NCBI GenBank assembly: GCA_951406725.2
Contig: OX597818.1
Span: forward strand, 84,196,001-84,260,000
Direction of reading: 5' to 3'
From: Octopus vulgaris
Lineage: Eukaryota
Length of the DNA stretch: 64,000 bases
In this document: in pieces, positions 12,413 to 26,077 of the stretch
How positions within the stretch are numbered: position 1 is the stretch's first letter
How the letters are laid out: every line of letters begins with the position of its first letter
The notes under the pieces: generated by a model
The model's input: only the letters and a program-made list of their open reading frames with translations
Database searches by the model: none
Told to the model about the DNA's origin: nothing
Position numbers and translations under genes: made by a program

Positions 12413-13019
12413 ATACACACACATGCACACACATACACTCACAAACACACTATATATATATATGTGTGTATGGGTGTATGTATGTATACATATATACACA
12501 CAAATACACTTATATATGCATATAAATTGTCCTTCGTTGAAATTAATAATCTCATGGGTTTGAGTACTTTTAGGGTTTCTTGGTTTCTTAGTTTACGTTG
12601 ATTCCATCGTTTATATTAGCCATACGTTAATATTTCGTTGTTGTCCTTCATAGGGATTCTTAGTCAGATAAGATTAATGTTTCTTTATTGGTTTCTCGAT
12701 TTGGTGAGTGTTTGTTCCATACATGCAGGTGTATGTATATGCATATGTGTGTATGTGAGTGTGTGTGCACAACCATACTCAGACACGTCCACATCCGCAC
12801 ACAGAACCAACGCACATATCACTCACGCACACAAACATATGGGGAGAGACACGCACACTTTGCATATCCATATTATAACGACCAAAGGAACCCGCCCGGA
12901 CGCCTGCGTTTATATTATTATCTATAATTAATCATACCAATACTGGCAAATTCCCAGAATCTGGCGGCTATGTGAAAGTATAACAATTCTAAAACTCAAC
13001 AAAATTCTAAATGAATTAA

Positions 13020-13500
13020 TGGCATCGAGGCCCATCACCCTCCAATGCAATACTTCTAAGGACGCTTTATATCAGTAACTTTGATATCACTATATATGAT
13101 TTTGCGACGTCACTACAAAGCATAGAATTTCATTTTAATTGAAATTACTGTCGCGTCCTGAACTTCCTCAAAAGCCTGGTGCACAACTATTCCGATGCTG
13201 CTATAATTATCTAGAGACGTGGTTCCACAACAACTGTATTTAAATGGCATCTATTAAATTAGCAAATACGATAAGATAACAAATATCACTCTCCATCAGC
13301 CTCAGCGACGAGATATACCACATAGTAAATGACACAAGTACTAAATATTACGCGATCAGCAGAGTACCCAGAAAGTGGGCCACCTGAGGGTACCTCTTGA
13401 GTTTCGTCTCCCACGCAGGACCGTATGTCTATGCAGTGGCACCCTCAGGAAAGCATCAACCGTGACGGACGACCAACCTCGCATGCAAAGCTTTCACAGC
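13020..13500 (-). pseudogene. Possible R2/NeSL-like RLE-domain relic
   Basis: Minus-strand RSCVGDETQ (CCHC-like), VVEPRL and IG.G.W-like segments; highly decayed. Confidence 0.3.
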
Positions 13501-13656
13501 GTTCGCAACAACGACATTGACGCAAGTGTAGCTGAGTGATAGGAAGTTTGCTTCCGAAACATGTGGTTCCAAGTTCAGTCCCATTGAGTGGCAGCTTCGG
13601 AAGTTATCTTCTGTTATAGCCGACCAAAACCCAGTGGGTGGATTATATATATATAC

Positions 13657-13723
<67 letters not shown>

Positions 13724-13727
<4 letters not shown>

Positions 13728-14330
13728 AGGTGTTATCACAATTTCCCCAACTAGTTACGTTTAATAAAAAGGTAACTTATATACCTAAGTTTTAACATCC
13801 TCTCCTTCGAAACAGTTACTTTCGCAACAATATACAGGTCTCAGCGTTGCTACTACTTTTCGAGTCCAGGCTGGAATTCGTCCTCCGATGATCATATACA
13901 AGCTGAAGAATTTTCTTCACATTTCCGGAAGTGATACACGTGACAGTTCTTCCAGGTCGCTCGTCGTCTTCCAGGGACTTCTTTCCGCATTTGAAGCACT
14001 CGTGCTATTCGAAATATTGCATACGACCCATTGCCATATTGCTGTAAGCTTGCCGAAGCATGCTCAATGTCTCTGTAGCAGACTTCCCAAGTCTAACGCA
14101 AACTTTCACATTGGCTCTTTGTCCCAACTACTTGTCCATGACAAAATCGCAGACGACAGCATGCACATGTTCACAAAAACACAAATTTCGGAACTTGTGA
14201 AGTAAACACAACGATATCATTCTGTAAACTGCCTCATCCAGGTCACTGCACGTTCTCACTGCGCACGTAACCGTGTGCTGCCATCTGTTAGCGCGCAACA
14301 GAACTAGTCCGGAAACGTTTTGCTACCAAG
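13724..14330 (-). mobile_element. Internally deleted mariner element
   Basis: Minus strand: QRANVKVCVRLGKSATETLSMLRQAY...SLEDDERPGR joined to a C-terminal EDEFQ...FEG segment; imperfect TIRs containing actagt. Confidence 0.82.
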
Positions 14331-14344
14331 TTATTATTTTTTTT

Positions 14345-14640
14345 AAGTTTCAGCTCAGAGCTGCGGTTATGCTGTGGCACCGTTGTTTTGCGTTACACTG
14401 TTATTACTAGGAGCCTCCGCTAATATATGGCACTTGATGAAGAATGTGGTTTGATATAGCTACCCTCATTTGCACCTCTTGTCGTGAGGTAGGCTCATCT
14501 GAGATTCTCGACAGGAAGAGGTCCAGCTTTGATTCAAAAACCCCTACATCTACTTTGTGCAAGTTCCTCAGACTCTTTGGGAGAATATTAAAAAGCTGTG
14601 AGCCTTGAAACCCAAGCTGTTGCAGTAACTGGTCCTGAAG
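14345..14640 (-). mobile_element. CR1/L2-type LINE 3' end
   Basis: QGSQLFNILPKSLRNL...FESKLDLFLSRISDEP is a typical LINE ORF2 C-terminus; followed by a short 3' tail. Confidence 0.75.
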
Positions 14641-14734
14641 CGTGATATATATAACATAAATAATATATAAACATATGCATATATACATACATATAGGTAC
14701 ATACCTACATCTATATGTATATATACATGTATAT

Positions 14735-14910
14735 ATGGATACAGGACATAAAAAAAAACGTTGAACACAATGAGAAAGGAAAACAGAAACAAAAACATGG
14801 GAACGAACTTTTTTTCAAACAACGAAAAAACAGAGTACGAGACATACAACACAAGGAATATTCCCCCTCTTCAGTTGTTCCTGTTTCGTCTACTCCGCGT
14901 TTCGAATATA
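14735..14910 (-). mobile_element. Microsatellite-embedded element (same family as 43605 and 55100)
   Basis: Shared end ggatacaggacata and motif TCGAAA-n3-GGAGTA-n16-CTGAAGA. Confidence 0.6.
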
Positions 14911-14945
14911 TTATGTATGCATGTATGCATTTATTTGGTTATGTA

Positions 14946-15095
<150 letters not shown>

Positions 15096-15254
15096 TGTGT
15101 ATGTGCTTTTCCGGTGTTGGATAAGATAAGTAACAGGTTTGAAAAATAACTATTAAGATAGATTTGTTCGACTAAACTCTTCAAGACGGTGATCCAGCAT
15201 AGGTCCATGCAGCAACTGAAGCAAGATAACCTTTATTTTTAAAAATGATATAAG

Positions 15255-15660
15255 ACAGGCGTAACTGTGTAGTAAGAAGCTTGCTTCCCAACCACACGGT
15301 TCTGGGTTCAGTTCCACTGCATTCAACCATCTTCTACTATAGCGTCGGGCCTGCCAAAATCTTGAGTAGATTTTGTAGACGGAAACTGAAAGAAGACTAT
15401 CTTGTATAAGTGTGTGTATGTATGTATCTTCGTGTGTGTGTATGATCGCGCGTTTTTCCCCCCACCATCGCCATCGCTTGTCAACCGATGTTGATATGTT
15501 TACATCCCTGTTAACTAGCTGTTCGGCAAAAGAGACCGATAGAATAAGTACTCGAGAACACAAGTCCTGAGGTCGATTTTTTCGACTAAAAACCCCTTTA
15601 AGTCCCTGCTCCGGCATGGCCGCAGTAAAACGACTGAAGCCAATAAAAGAATAAAAGAAT
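15255..15660 (+). mobile_element. tRNA-derived SINE family A
   Basis: Head ...taagaagcttgcttcccaaccac...gggttcagttcc; body ttcggcaaaagagaccgatagaataagtac; tail gcatggccgcagt...gactgaa. Confidence 0.85.
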
Positions 15661-16486
15661 AGGGTAAAGAAATCAACGCGATGGACAAACAGAGTAATCG
15701 CAGCTGCCAGATATAGCTGTCAGAATCAACAATCACAACGTTGTGCAAATAATAATCGTTCTGCCTCAGTTACAAATTCCACACACCAAATCACGACAGA
15801 ATCCAACAAAAACAAAACATCACACTTCACATAACAGATTGCATATTGACCAGAGTCACACACACACAAAAAAGTAAACATTAAAAATCAAAGAAAGCAC
15901 TTAGACATGCGTAAAGAACCGTTTGCTAACGCGGCAAATTGAAGTCAGAAAAGCCACCGCTCTTGAACACCCGTTCAGATATTCCGCAACAACATTCTAA
16001 AAACACTATTGCATTCAAGCCATGTAACATAAGAAGCCCATGCAAGCTCAAATAGATGTAAAATCAAATAGCTTCAATAACCACAGACACTACGCTGGGA
16101 GACACACGTCAGTAATAAATACAGAAGAACAATAAGTGTCGTGCTTTGATCGAAAGCTCTATGTCTTTCCTAACATACCATCACCACTACCAGAATCTAC
16201 AGGATATTATACAACGTACAGGAACAGATTGAGCAGTACAAAAAGCGTAATATATCAAGATTGTGAATAAGCACCCGTTTAATTTATTACTGTATGTCGT
16301 AGTGTGCAGAGTTGTCTTCAGCTTGATGAAGCATTGAACTAGTTCAGTTATATGGATCTGTGACTTGCGCCACCTTCTTCGGCCGATAACAAGCAGCATA
16401 TAATGACGACGTGAGTCTTTCGTAGTCCGAAAAAGACGGTTCTGCAATTTCTTGCTAAACAATCTGCATAAATGATTTGTTTGCAG

Positions 16487-16735
16487 CAGTGGTTCTCAAC
16501 CATTTTTTGCCTGTGGACCCCTTTTTATTCCCATTTTAACCTGCTGTTTTAATCTATGTTTTAAAAAAGTCCCGTTATATTTTTATAATAAAATATTATT
16601 AGGAACAGTGTTTAAAAAATTGTTGAAATATTTTGCGCATTGTAGACGTATAACCTATTTATTGCACGTAAATTTTAACAGCAAAATCTTATGTGGACCC
16701 ACAAAGGCCATCAAGATCCCGGTTGAGGACTACTG
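16487..16735. mobile_element. hAT-like MITE
   Basis: TIRs cagtggttctcaacc / ggttgaggactactg; a related copy lies in opposite orientation at about 40996-41313. Confidence 0.7.
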
Positions 16736-16774
16736 ATTAATAGCGATCAAATATATGTGCTGTACTCTAGCCCA

Positions 16775-16965
16775 CTTTCTTCATCAAATCAGCGTTACCT
16801 GAACAGGTGTATGGTTTACCACATGTCACGTATCGAAGTGATTGCAAAACAACCTGAGATTAAATGCGTTGCTAAAAAACACGGCGCACGACCTACTCCT
16901 GAAATTGAAACACGATTTCACGATCTCGTGAGTGCAACACGCTAACCACTTCGCCATGAGCACTC
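16775..16965 (-). mobile_element. Decayed tRNA-derived SINE (family C-like head)
   Basis: Reverse complement reads catggcgaagtggttagcgtgttgcactcacgagatcgtg...gtttcaatttc. Confidence 0.6.
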
Positions 16966-17228
16966 ACAGCGGCTTATACTAAGACACCTTAATCCGTACT
17001 GACCGAGAAGCCACTGACTCCAACAACAATCCGTATCTGCATCACAACTATACATAAGTCATTAGCAAAATGCATCCCAAGAGGCATTCTGAAAGGCTCA
17101 CCCAACGGGTATTTTCAACAGAGCTGCCCACTCGGCCCACTTCTCGGAAAACGTTATCCATGTCTGGTTTCTAACAACAGTGCACTCAGTGGGTGACTTC
17201 CACTATGACAAATACCAACAACAGTAGA

Positions 17229-17295
<67 letters not shown>

Positions 17296-17555
17296 GTTGC
17301 TGCTTCTGCTACTATTGCTACTGCTGCTACTACTACTGCTGCTGCTGCTACTACTACTACTACTGATGCTACTACTACTACTGCTGTTGCTGCTGCTGTT
17401 ACTACTACTACTACTACTACTTTGATGTGAAAATCATGAATCAAGAATTAACCATGAAATACAAAATGTATAATAAATATTACAATAACTAAAGACAATA
17501 GAATTAAAATAAAATGAACAATATATGCACAAAAGATGTAAAAGAATGAAAAGTA

Positions 17556-17604
<49 letters not shown>

Positions 17605-18095
17605 TATACATGTTTGTGCGTACATGTGTGCAAATTGATATGCGTACATATATGTGTAATACATAAATATATTCGTGAAGTGCGCATGACTACACGTATG
17701 CATAAATGTCCGTATATATATATATATGTGTTCACGTGGGAGTGAGTGCATATTTGTATCAATATATTTTTTTTTGTATAATACGTATGTGTATGCGTAC
17801 GCTATTGTGGACACAAATAAGAGAGAAATATGAAAGCTTGTGAATCAATTAGTCGTTATTTGAAGCTACAAGTCTTACCATAAAATGTAAATTTAAACTA
17901 AAAGTATATTTTGGGAAATTGTTCGGAACAAATAAAACAATACATTGGAAAGGTGGGGCGGGTTTTGTAAGAGGGAGTGAGTGTGTGGGGGGAATGAGTG
18001 TTTATAAAGGTGAATGGCAGCGCAAATGCGAGAGTGATAGAAATGGACTTTAAAAAAGAAGAGAAAGCGACGGCAATAGAAATATAGAAATACGA

Positions 18096-18128
<33 letters not shown>

Positions 18129-18318
18129 TAAGTGTTTGTTAGGTGTATGTGTGTTTGTATGCGTCTGCTTGCTTGTATACGTGAGCAGAAGTGCAGAAGC
18201 AAAGAGATGGGTAAGGAAAAAGGGAAGGTGTGGTGAATATTAAAGCAAGAACCAGCAAAAACGGTCTATTGAGAACAAGAACCAATAGATACATAGATTG
18301 ATAGATAGATAGATAGAG

Positions 18319-18473
<155 letters not shown>

Positions 18474-18619
18474 GAAAAATTGACAGCGGAAGAGTGTGTT
18501 CGTGCGTGTGAGTGTCATTATGTGTGTATTTATGTATTTGTTTATCTAAAAAATCAGTTGATCTGATGCATTTACACCACCTTGCAGTACTTCACAGATG
18601 TTTCCATTATTGTAATTAG

Positions 18620-19045
18620 GATTTAGTGCGTCGGACAAAATGATCTGTGGTTTTTCATCTTGTTCTTTGTGTTCTGAATTTAAAATCCGCTAAGATCGAC
18701 TTTGCCTTTCATCCTGTCGGGAGTCGATAAAGTAAGTAGTATTTTAACACTGGGATCAAATCAATAAATTAAATACCCCCCCCTCTCTCTCTCTCTCTCT
18801 CTCTCCAAAATTGCTGGCCTTGTGACAAAATTTGAAATCAAATGCAGTAAGCTGCCAGAATCTTTAGTGCGTCGAACAAAATGATCTGCGGCCTTTTTCC
18901 CAACCCAAATTCCACCAAGGTCGAATTTGCCTTTCATCCTCTCGGAGTCGGAAAATTAAAGTACCAGTTGAATACTGGGGTAGATGTAATCGACTACATC
19001 CCGTCTCCTAAAATCACAGGCTTTGTGCCAATATTTGAAACCATT
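18620..19045 (+). mobile_element. Two decayed SINE family B copies
   Basis: Core tcga(c/a)tttgcctttcatcct..cgg.gtcg.aaa...aagta occurs twice. Confidence 0.7.
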
Positions 19046-19079
19046 ATACATTTTAGGTTTACAATTTATTCACTTGTCG

Positions 19080-19430
19080 GCCCCCTCCACTTTCACTTCC
19101 TGAAAGTAAGTTGTTCAGCTGTTAATTCCCTCTCCAAATCTGGTTGAAGTCAATTCTGGATAATTTTCGGAACAATTTTGTTTCTATAGGATATTAGGAC
19201 ATTTGTCTTGTAATTCTTGTATTTTCGCACATGACCTTTCTTTGGAATGTAGATATTTACCGACATGTTCCAGCCATTATTTTGTCATCTAAATATTTTG
19301 ACAACATTTCTAAATGACTTAATGACATCTTCATCAGTTCATTTCAATAGTTCAACAGTAATATCATTTGTATCTGATGATTATTTTCTCCCCGACTTCA
19401 GAATTTATTCAACGCATCTCTCCTTCCATT
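19080..19430 (-). pseudogene. RTE-type LINE RT N-terminal fragment
   Basis: Minus strand: DITVELLK, IYIPKKGHVRKYKNYK, KIVPKIIQN.LQPDLERELTAEQLTFRK. Confidence 0.7.
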
Positions 19431-19444
19431 ATATATGGTGTCTG

Positions 19445-19790
19445 TCAAATTCAGCCTAGGTTTAATTTGCTTTTCATCCTTTCGGAAACGATAAAATAAG
19501 TACCATTCGAGATGTAAGCTCGTTGTAATCGACTGGCCATTTCTCCAAAATTTCAAGCTTTGTGTCTATGGTAGAAGGAATTATATATAGTTCCTCTCAG
19601 GCGGTCGAGCGGGCAGAATCGTCGGCACGTCGGACAAAATATTTAGTAGTATCGGTTCCAGTTTTAATTTCAGAGATCAAATGCTGCCGAGGCTGACTTT
19701 TGCCTCTCAGCCTTTCGGAGTTCATAAACTGAGCATCAATTGAGCGATAGGGTCGATGTAATGGACTTAACTCCTTCTCTAAAATTAGTA
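19445..19790 (+). mobile_element. SINE family B copies
   Basis: ttcatcctttcggaaacgataaaataagtacc and an ggcggtcgagcgggcagaatcgt head. Confidence 0.65.
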
Positions 19791-19989
19791 AGAATGTTTG
19801 GTTTCTCTTTGGGCATCATTGTTGAAAAATTCAACAAGAAGTATTACATGTCTTTGTACATTTCTGTATATATTTTTGATTTGTGCTTTAACAAAAACTA
19901 CTTCAAATGAGATGATTCTGTGGGAGTAATTTTTGCGTTTGCATATCTTGAATCTGAGATAAAAAAAAAAAAAAAAAAAGAGTGGAAGA

Positions 19990-20400
19990 TGTCCAAATGA
20001 AATTTTAAAATTAGAACTTCAAAGGGCTGCCACGGTGAGACTACAGAAAAATTATGAAAGATAAAAGTGTGTCACAAAGAAGAAAGACTATACAGTGTTA
20101 CAATCGATATCGTACTCAGTAATGTTCTATGGATAAGAAAGATGGACAATTAGAAGGAAAATAGATGCATTTGAAAAATGGAGCTTCAGTAGATTGTTGA
20201 GAATATCAAGGACGGAAAGAACAAAGAGATCAATACCGCCGCAGGTGAAAGCTGATAGTACTTAGAGAGCATTGATTATCAATCAAATATATCAATTCTT
20301 TGGTTACTTGATAAGGGAGATTGGCATGGGAAAGTCCATTATGTTAGATAGAACTGAAGGACGAACGAGAGTGTGATGAATAAGCGGTTGTCCCAGACGT
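19990..20400 (+). pseudogene. RTE-type LINE C-terminal fragment
   Basis: VMFYG*ERWTIRRKIDAFEKWSFSRLLRISRTER resembles the RTE/BovB YG.E.WT...IDAFE.W..R.LRI.W motif. Confidence 0.75.
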
Positions 20401-21149
20401 AGAATTAGAGCCGGTATATCTATTGAATGGTCAGATGTTGAAAATAACTTGAGGGCAGATAAGAAAGGTGGGTGTATATTAATTTGTAAGTAAGATTAAA
20501 AGAATGAGATAGGGAATGAAATGGAAGAAGAAACAGTGATGAAAAGAACAATAGCATTGATGAATACGAACGAATGTTAGAGGAAATCAGTTTGTAGGGG
20601 TGTAGAAGAGTCAGAGAAAGAGATGCAGTAACAGTAGCTGAGAAAAGAGTTGGGGGGGGGTGCAACCGAATTTCTGAGAGAAAGTGAAAAACAATGAAAG
20701 TGAAAATAAAAGAAAATAGACACTAAAGCAGAGAATGGGAGAGTACAAAAATTGAAACGACCAGAGAGAGGAATGGGTTAAAGTTACAGGAAATCGAATG
20801 GCGAAGACACAAGAATAGCAAATACAGTGTGAGCATATGTTCTTAACGGGTAGCTATGCGAGAGAGTGATTCAACACACACACACACACACACGCACGCA
20901 CATAACGACACACATACATGCTTATGTACACTATAATATAGACAAATAGATTGATAGACAGACAGATAGACAAAGAGACAAACAGACAGATATGATGAAT
21001 TTTATGAAATGTCTTCACAAATTACAACACAGGGTTGCACGAAAACTATGATCAGGCAATCACGAATTCTATCTTATTTTACTTTGTTTTACACCTATAC
21101 ACACACACAAATATATATATATATATATATATAAGAGAGAGAGAGAGAG

Positions 21150-21630
21150 ATAAAAGGCAATCTTTATATCCAAACAAACGTGGATGTATTGTTAGAGCAT
21201 AGAATATTGCATTATTTATCATGAGAAGACCTCTCATATGGACGCATGGCGCATATTTATATCACTGATCGTCTACTATTTCTCGTAGCCAGTCTCGTCA
21301 GTGGTAACTGACAAATCTCACTGCCCGCTATATATGGAATGTCAGTGTCCGTTCATACACTTACGTCGGAAATAGCTTACACTCTTATTAAAAGTAATTA
21401 TTAGTGACATGATGCTACTAGACGTCTGTCGCTGAGAAGACGGAGTACATCGAAATCACTAGTTCTGGTAGTTCCGGCGCTCATAGCAGGCGATTCTCAT
21501 TTGCCAACGATATAACTATGTGCTCTTTTGTGCACCATGTGTTCATATGAGAGAGTCTCTCCATGTAAATAACGAAGTAATTGGCGCTGTAAAAATACAT
21601 CTAAGCTGGATATAAAGGTTGTCTTTTGAT
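21150..21630. mobile_element. Old foldback MITE with about 100-bp degenerate TIRs
   Basis: aaaaggcaatctttatatcca / tggatataaaggttgtctttt and ctctcatatggacgcatggcgca / tgcaccatgtgttcatatgagag. Confidence 0.6.
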
Positions 21631-22159
21631 AATGATACTGCTTCTCTCGCAGTATTAATAATTATATGGATAATTAATTATATAGAGAATTATTTACAAC
21701 AGAAGCAGAATTAAAGCTGAATGGCAACCATACCTCTGATAATATACTCATCGGACGGACATGCTGTGCATTATCGGACAATCATAGAGGCTCAAAATCT
21801 AACACTGCTGTTCTTTGAGAAAAAGTGAGAAAGGATTAGAAGGAAAAACTAGATGAAAATAAGGGAATGAGAAAAATAAAATGCATAGATGGAAGGAACA
21901 TAAGAACTGTGTCCCTTTGGTCAATTAGTATAGGAATTAACAATGGTTGGCGTAGTTAATTCGACGGGGAAATGTTAAAGTTTGTGAGTTTGCATAGTTA
22001 ACTTGTAGAGGGAGGAGTTTTTCAGTTCAATACGAGAAACTTCTCGAAATGTTTGCATTTAGTGAAAATTTCGGATTCTGTAGGCCTGAGAAGTTCTTAG
22101 AATAAAAAAAAAAATAGTTATTTTGGCCATAAAAAGCTTTACACCTCCTTGTTATATTA

Positions 22160-22395
22160 ACAAGTGTGTATGGCCGAATGGCAATTATTTTTGAGAAGTT
22201 TGCTTTGCAACCACGAAGTCCCGGGTTCTAGTCCGCTATATAACATCATGGATAAATGACATTTTCTAAAATTTCGAGGCGAGGTCCGGGGTTCGATTCC
22301 GCTATATAACATCTTGGACAAATGACATTTTCTAAAATTCCGAATCGATTCATAACTTGAGTAGAATTGGTAGACAGAAACTGTAGGAAACCAGT
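22160..22395 (+). mobile_element. Decayed SINE A head with an internal tandem duplication of about 62 bp
   Basis: ccgctatataacatc.tgga.aaatgacattttctaaaatt appears twice. Confidence 0.6.
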
Positions 22396-22712
22396 CGAGT
22401 TGATATATCTTGTAATTAAAAAAGGTACAGTCTTGCCACATGCTGATTACTACTGATTCCGCCTGGGAATCACCTTATGGTTTCACATTATTTCAAGAGC
22501 GAGCAATTTCGTTGATGAAACACGTGAAGCCTCATCGACGAACAACGGGGATCCACGACAAATACACACCTCACCACACTCACATATGTTAGTGTGTATG
22601 CGGCGAGGTGGTCACGTATAAACATGAATAAACAATAAAAATATACGAAACATCGAGAAAATGTATTCGGCATCTTTTTACCTTTATTTCACTTTCTCAG
22701 TCTTTAACTCAC

Positions 22713-22790
<78 letters not shown>

Positions 22791-23320
22791 TTCTCTATTT
22801 CTCTTTCTTCATTATTTCTCTCTCTTTTTCATTCTTTCTCTCTCTCTCACAATCCTTTATTCACTTGATCACATATTCTCTCTTAGCAGCTTTTATGCTT
22901 CTTTCTCCTCTTCCCCTTCTCTCTCTTTAATTTTCGTTTCTCTCTCTTTCTCTCTCCTTAAATCTTTTTCCCTCCCTCTTAAATGCCTTTACCTCTCTAA
23001 ATCTCATACTTTTTTAGCCTAATCACACTTATCAGATTTTACGTCTCCTCTCTCTCCCTCTCCCTCTCCCCCCCTCTCTCTCGTTACTTCTTCTTTATCT
23101 CCATCTATGAATATATTTTTCTTATTCTCTCTAACTTTCTATATTTTTAATCTTTCTCTTTCCTCTCTTCTCCCTGTCTTCTTAATTGCCCTTTCTCTTT
23201 CTTGGAGGCTTCGTTTTTCTTTTTGAAGTCTCCCTCTCCTTCTCTCTATCTCTCCTATTCTCTCCCTGTCTTTTTCTCTGTCTGCGTATATTTGTATGTA
23301 TATATATATATACATACATA

Positions 23321-23352
<32 letters not shown>

Positions 23353-24838
23353 CGTATGTATGTATAAATACATATGTATATATGTGCATATATATATATA
23401 CATATATATATTGCTATATTGCTACCTTTCACGTTTTCCTCTTTTAAAGTCTATTTGTAAATTTACTTGCCATCTTTCTTTCCTTCTTTTTTTCTCTCGC
23501 TCTCTCTCTCTCTCCCACTCCACACACACACGCGCACGCATACATACATACATATATATACATATATACATATATATATATATATACACACATATATATA
23601 ATTTCTGTTTTAAATTTTTCCTTCCCCCTCTCGTCTCTCTCTCTCCCTCTCTATTTGTCTTTTATTTTATCTCTTTCTCTCTCTTATACTTAAATTCTGT
23701 CTCTCTAAATTTCTCTTCTTTCTGAAATTGCAGTTGTTTGACATTTATGTGAGATGAATTAAAACAAAACAAATACAAAACAAGAAACGACGACGATGAT
23801 GATGATGATGATGATGTCAAACAATAACAACAATAACAGCAAGAATAACAATAGTAACAACAACAACAACTGCAATAGCAACAACAAAAACAACTAAGAC
23901 AGCAATAATACACCTCACTCCAATTTAATATCTTCTTCATAACATTTTCTAGAACGTAAAAACAAAATAGAATTTTCCCGAAACAATATATTATAAATAA
24001 ACACATAAAAATCAGATGCTGTAAAATAAAATAAAATAAAATAAAATAAAATAAAAACGTAAAACGTAAAAACATTATTTGAGTTGATGGAAAATCATGA
24101 ACATTGAAATTATGGTAGACCAGAAATAACATAATTTTCCTAAATTTATATTTTATAATTGCCGAGATGTACTTGTTTTTAGCATGTGATTTGATCTAAG
24201 ATCTTGTGATGACACTGAAAAAAAATTGCATTCTGGGAAATCATCATAGCTATTTAAAAATATACGTGTAGCGTTATATTCACTTTCAATATATTTTGTA
24301 ATAAAATTATATATTATATATTGTATAAAGTTTGCTGCGCAATATAAAGTATATAGTTCAACAGTATTATATGTTATATAAAGTGTACTGTATAGAGTAA
24401 CATATTATATTCGTCTTATATAGCCTATATCATAAGTAATATTTTATATATCATATGTAACAAAAATAGTGTCTAGTGTAACGTATATATTCCTCTAATA
24501 TTGTGTCTATTATATAAAGTCTATCTTTTATGTTTCATTTATTTCAGCCATTGAAGAGCAACCATGCTGGAGCACATCGTTGAAGTGTTTTAGTCAAAAA
24601 AATCTACCTCAAAACTTATTTTTGAAACTAGTGTTTCGGTGTTTTTGGGTAGATCACTAGTACTCCGGAGAAGTAAACTAAACATCGTCGGTTCTCAAAC
24701 GAGGAAACAAACACACACCCAAACACACATTTACGTGCGCGCGCACACACACACACACACACACACATATGCACATACAAACGCATGAGCACACAGATAC
24801 AGACATCACAACATACACACACAATATCTATATACATC

Positions 24839-24874
<36 letters not shown>

Positions 24875-25284
24875 TGTGGATTGGCTGGAGAGAGTGAGTT
24901 TATTATCAACACAAACAAGTCACCTGTGCACTTTTTAACGTCCCCTTTTCCACGCTTGCATGGTCCGGCGCTAATTGAGGGAGCTTTTTACAGCCGGATG
25001 CCCTCCTGATGCCAACACTCCCTTTTCGCAACAAAATATATTTTTCCATGGCGTGACATGTTCTTGTCATATATTGGAAAGAATTGGCTCTGCTTATATG
25101 GCAATGAATGAGAGGATTAAGCAGAAGGAAACGGAAAGAAGCAGTCGTGTATGCATGTATGTAGATAGGTATGAGTGTATATATGTATGCATGCATGTAT
25201 GTATAAGAGGACCCAGTCAAATTAACCGCGATGAAGTTAAACTGAACAATACGGAGTTGCCACTCAATACTCTTTTCTACTCTA

Positions 25285-25481
25285 GGCACAAGGCTGGAAA
25301 TTTTGGTGGAGGGGCCAGTCGATTATATCGACTCCAATACGCAACTGGTACTTAATTTATCGACTCCGAAGAGATAAAAGGTAAAGTCGACCTCGGAATT
25401 TGAACTCAGAACGTAAAGATAGACGAAATACCGCTAAGCATTTCGCCCGGAGTGCTAACGTTTCTGCCAGCTCACCGCCTT
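25285..25481 (-). mobile_element. SINE family B
   Basis: Reverse complement: aaggcggtgagctggcagaaacgttagcac...ttctgagttcaaattccgaggtcgac...gtcgataaattaagtaccagtt. Confidence 0.88.
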
Positions 25482-25705
25482 GGTGATTCTCAATGCTGCA
25501 AGGCATTTAGTATTATTTCTACCAATTCAATATTTTAACTCGATTGTAATAGTGTAGGTAATAGACACGATTTATGACCTATCAAAACCATTTTAGTTAA
25601 TTAATTAACTTATATAACTTTCTTATAAATGTCTGTCGATTTAATCACCAGTTCACTGTTTCAGTTTTATATCAATGGAGAAATTAATAGATCTCAAATA
25701 TATAT

Positions 25706-26077
25706 ACTCTTTACTCTTTTACTCTTTTACTTGTTTCAGTCATTTGACTGCGGCCATTTTGGAGCACCGCCTTTAATCGAGCAACTCGACCCCGGGACTT
25801 ATTCTTTTGTAAGCCCAGTACTTATTCTATCGGTCTCTTTTGCCGAACCGCTAAGTAACGGGGACATAAACACACCAGCATCGGTGGTCAAGCAATGCGA
25901 GGGGGACAAACACAGACACACAAACATACACACACACACATACATATATACGACAGGCTTCTTTCAGTTTCCGTCTACTAAATCCGCTCACAAGGCTTTG
26001 GTCGGCCCGAGGCTATAGTAGAAGACACTTGCTCAAGGTGCCACGCAGTGGGACTGAACCCGGAACCATGCGGTTGG
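25706..26077 (-). mobile_element. SINE family A (5' truncated)
   Basis: Closely matches 57648-58057 and 34141-34538. Confidence 0.9.

Noticed and set aside
15680-16460. Possible decayed LINE on the minus strand (similar weak hints at 41330-41470 and 61560-61960)
   Set aside because: Motif similarity is too weak to support without a search.
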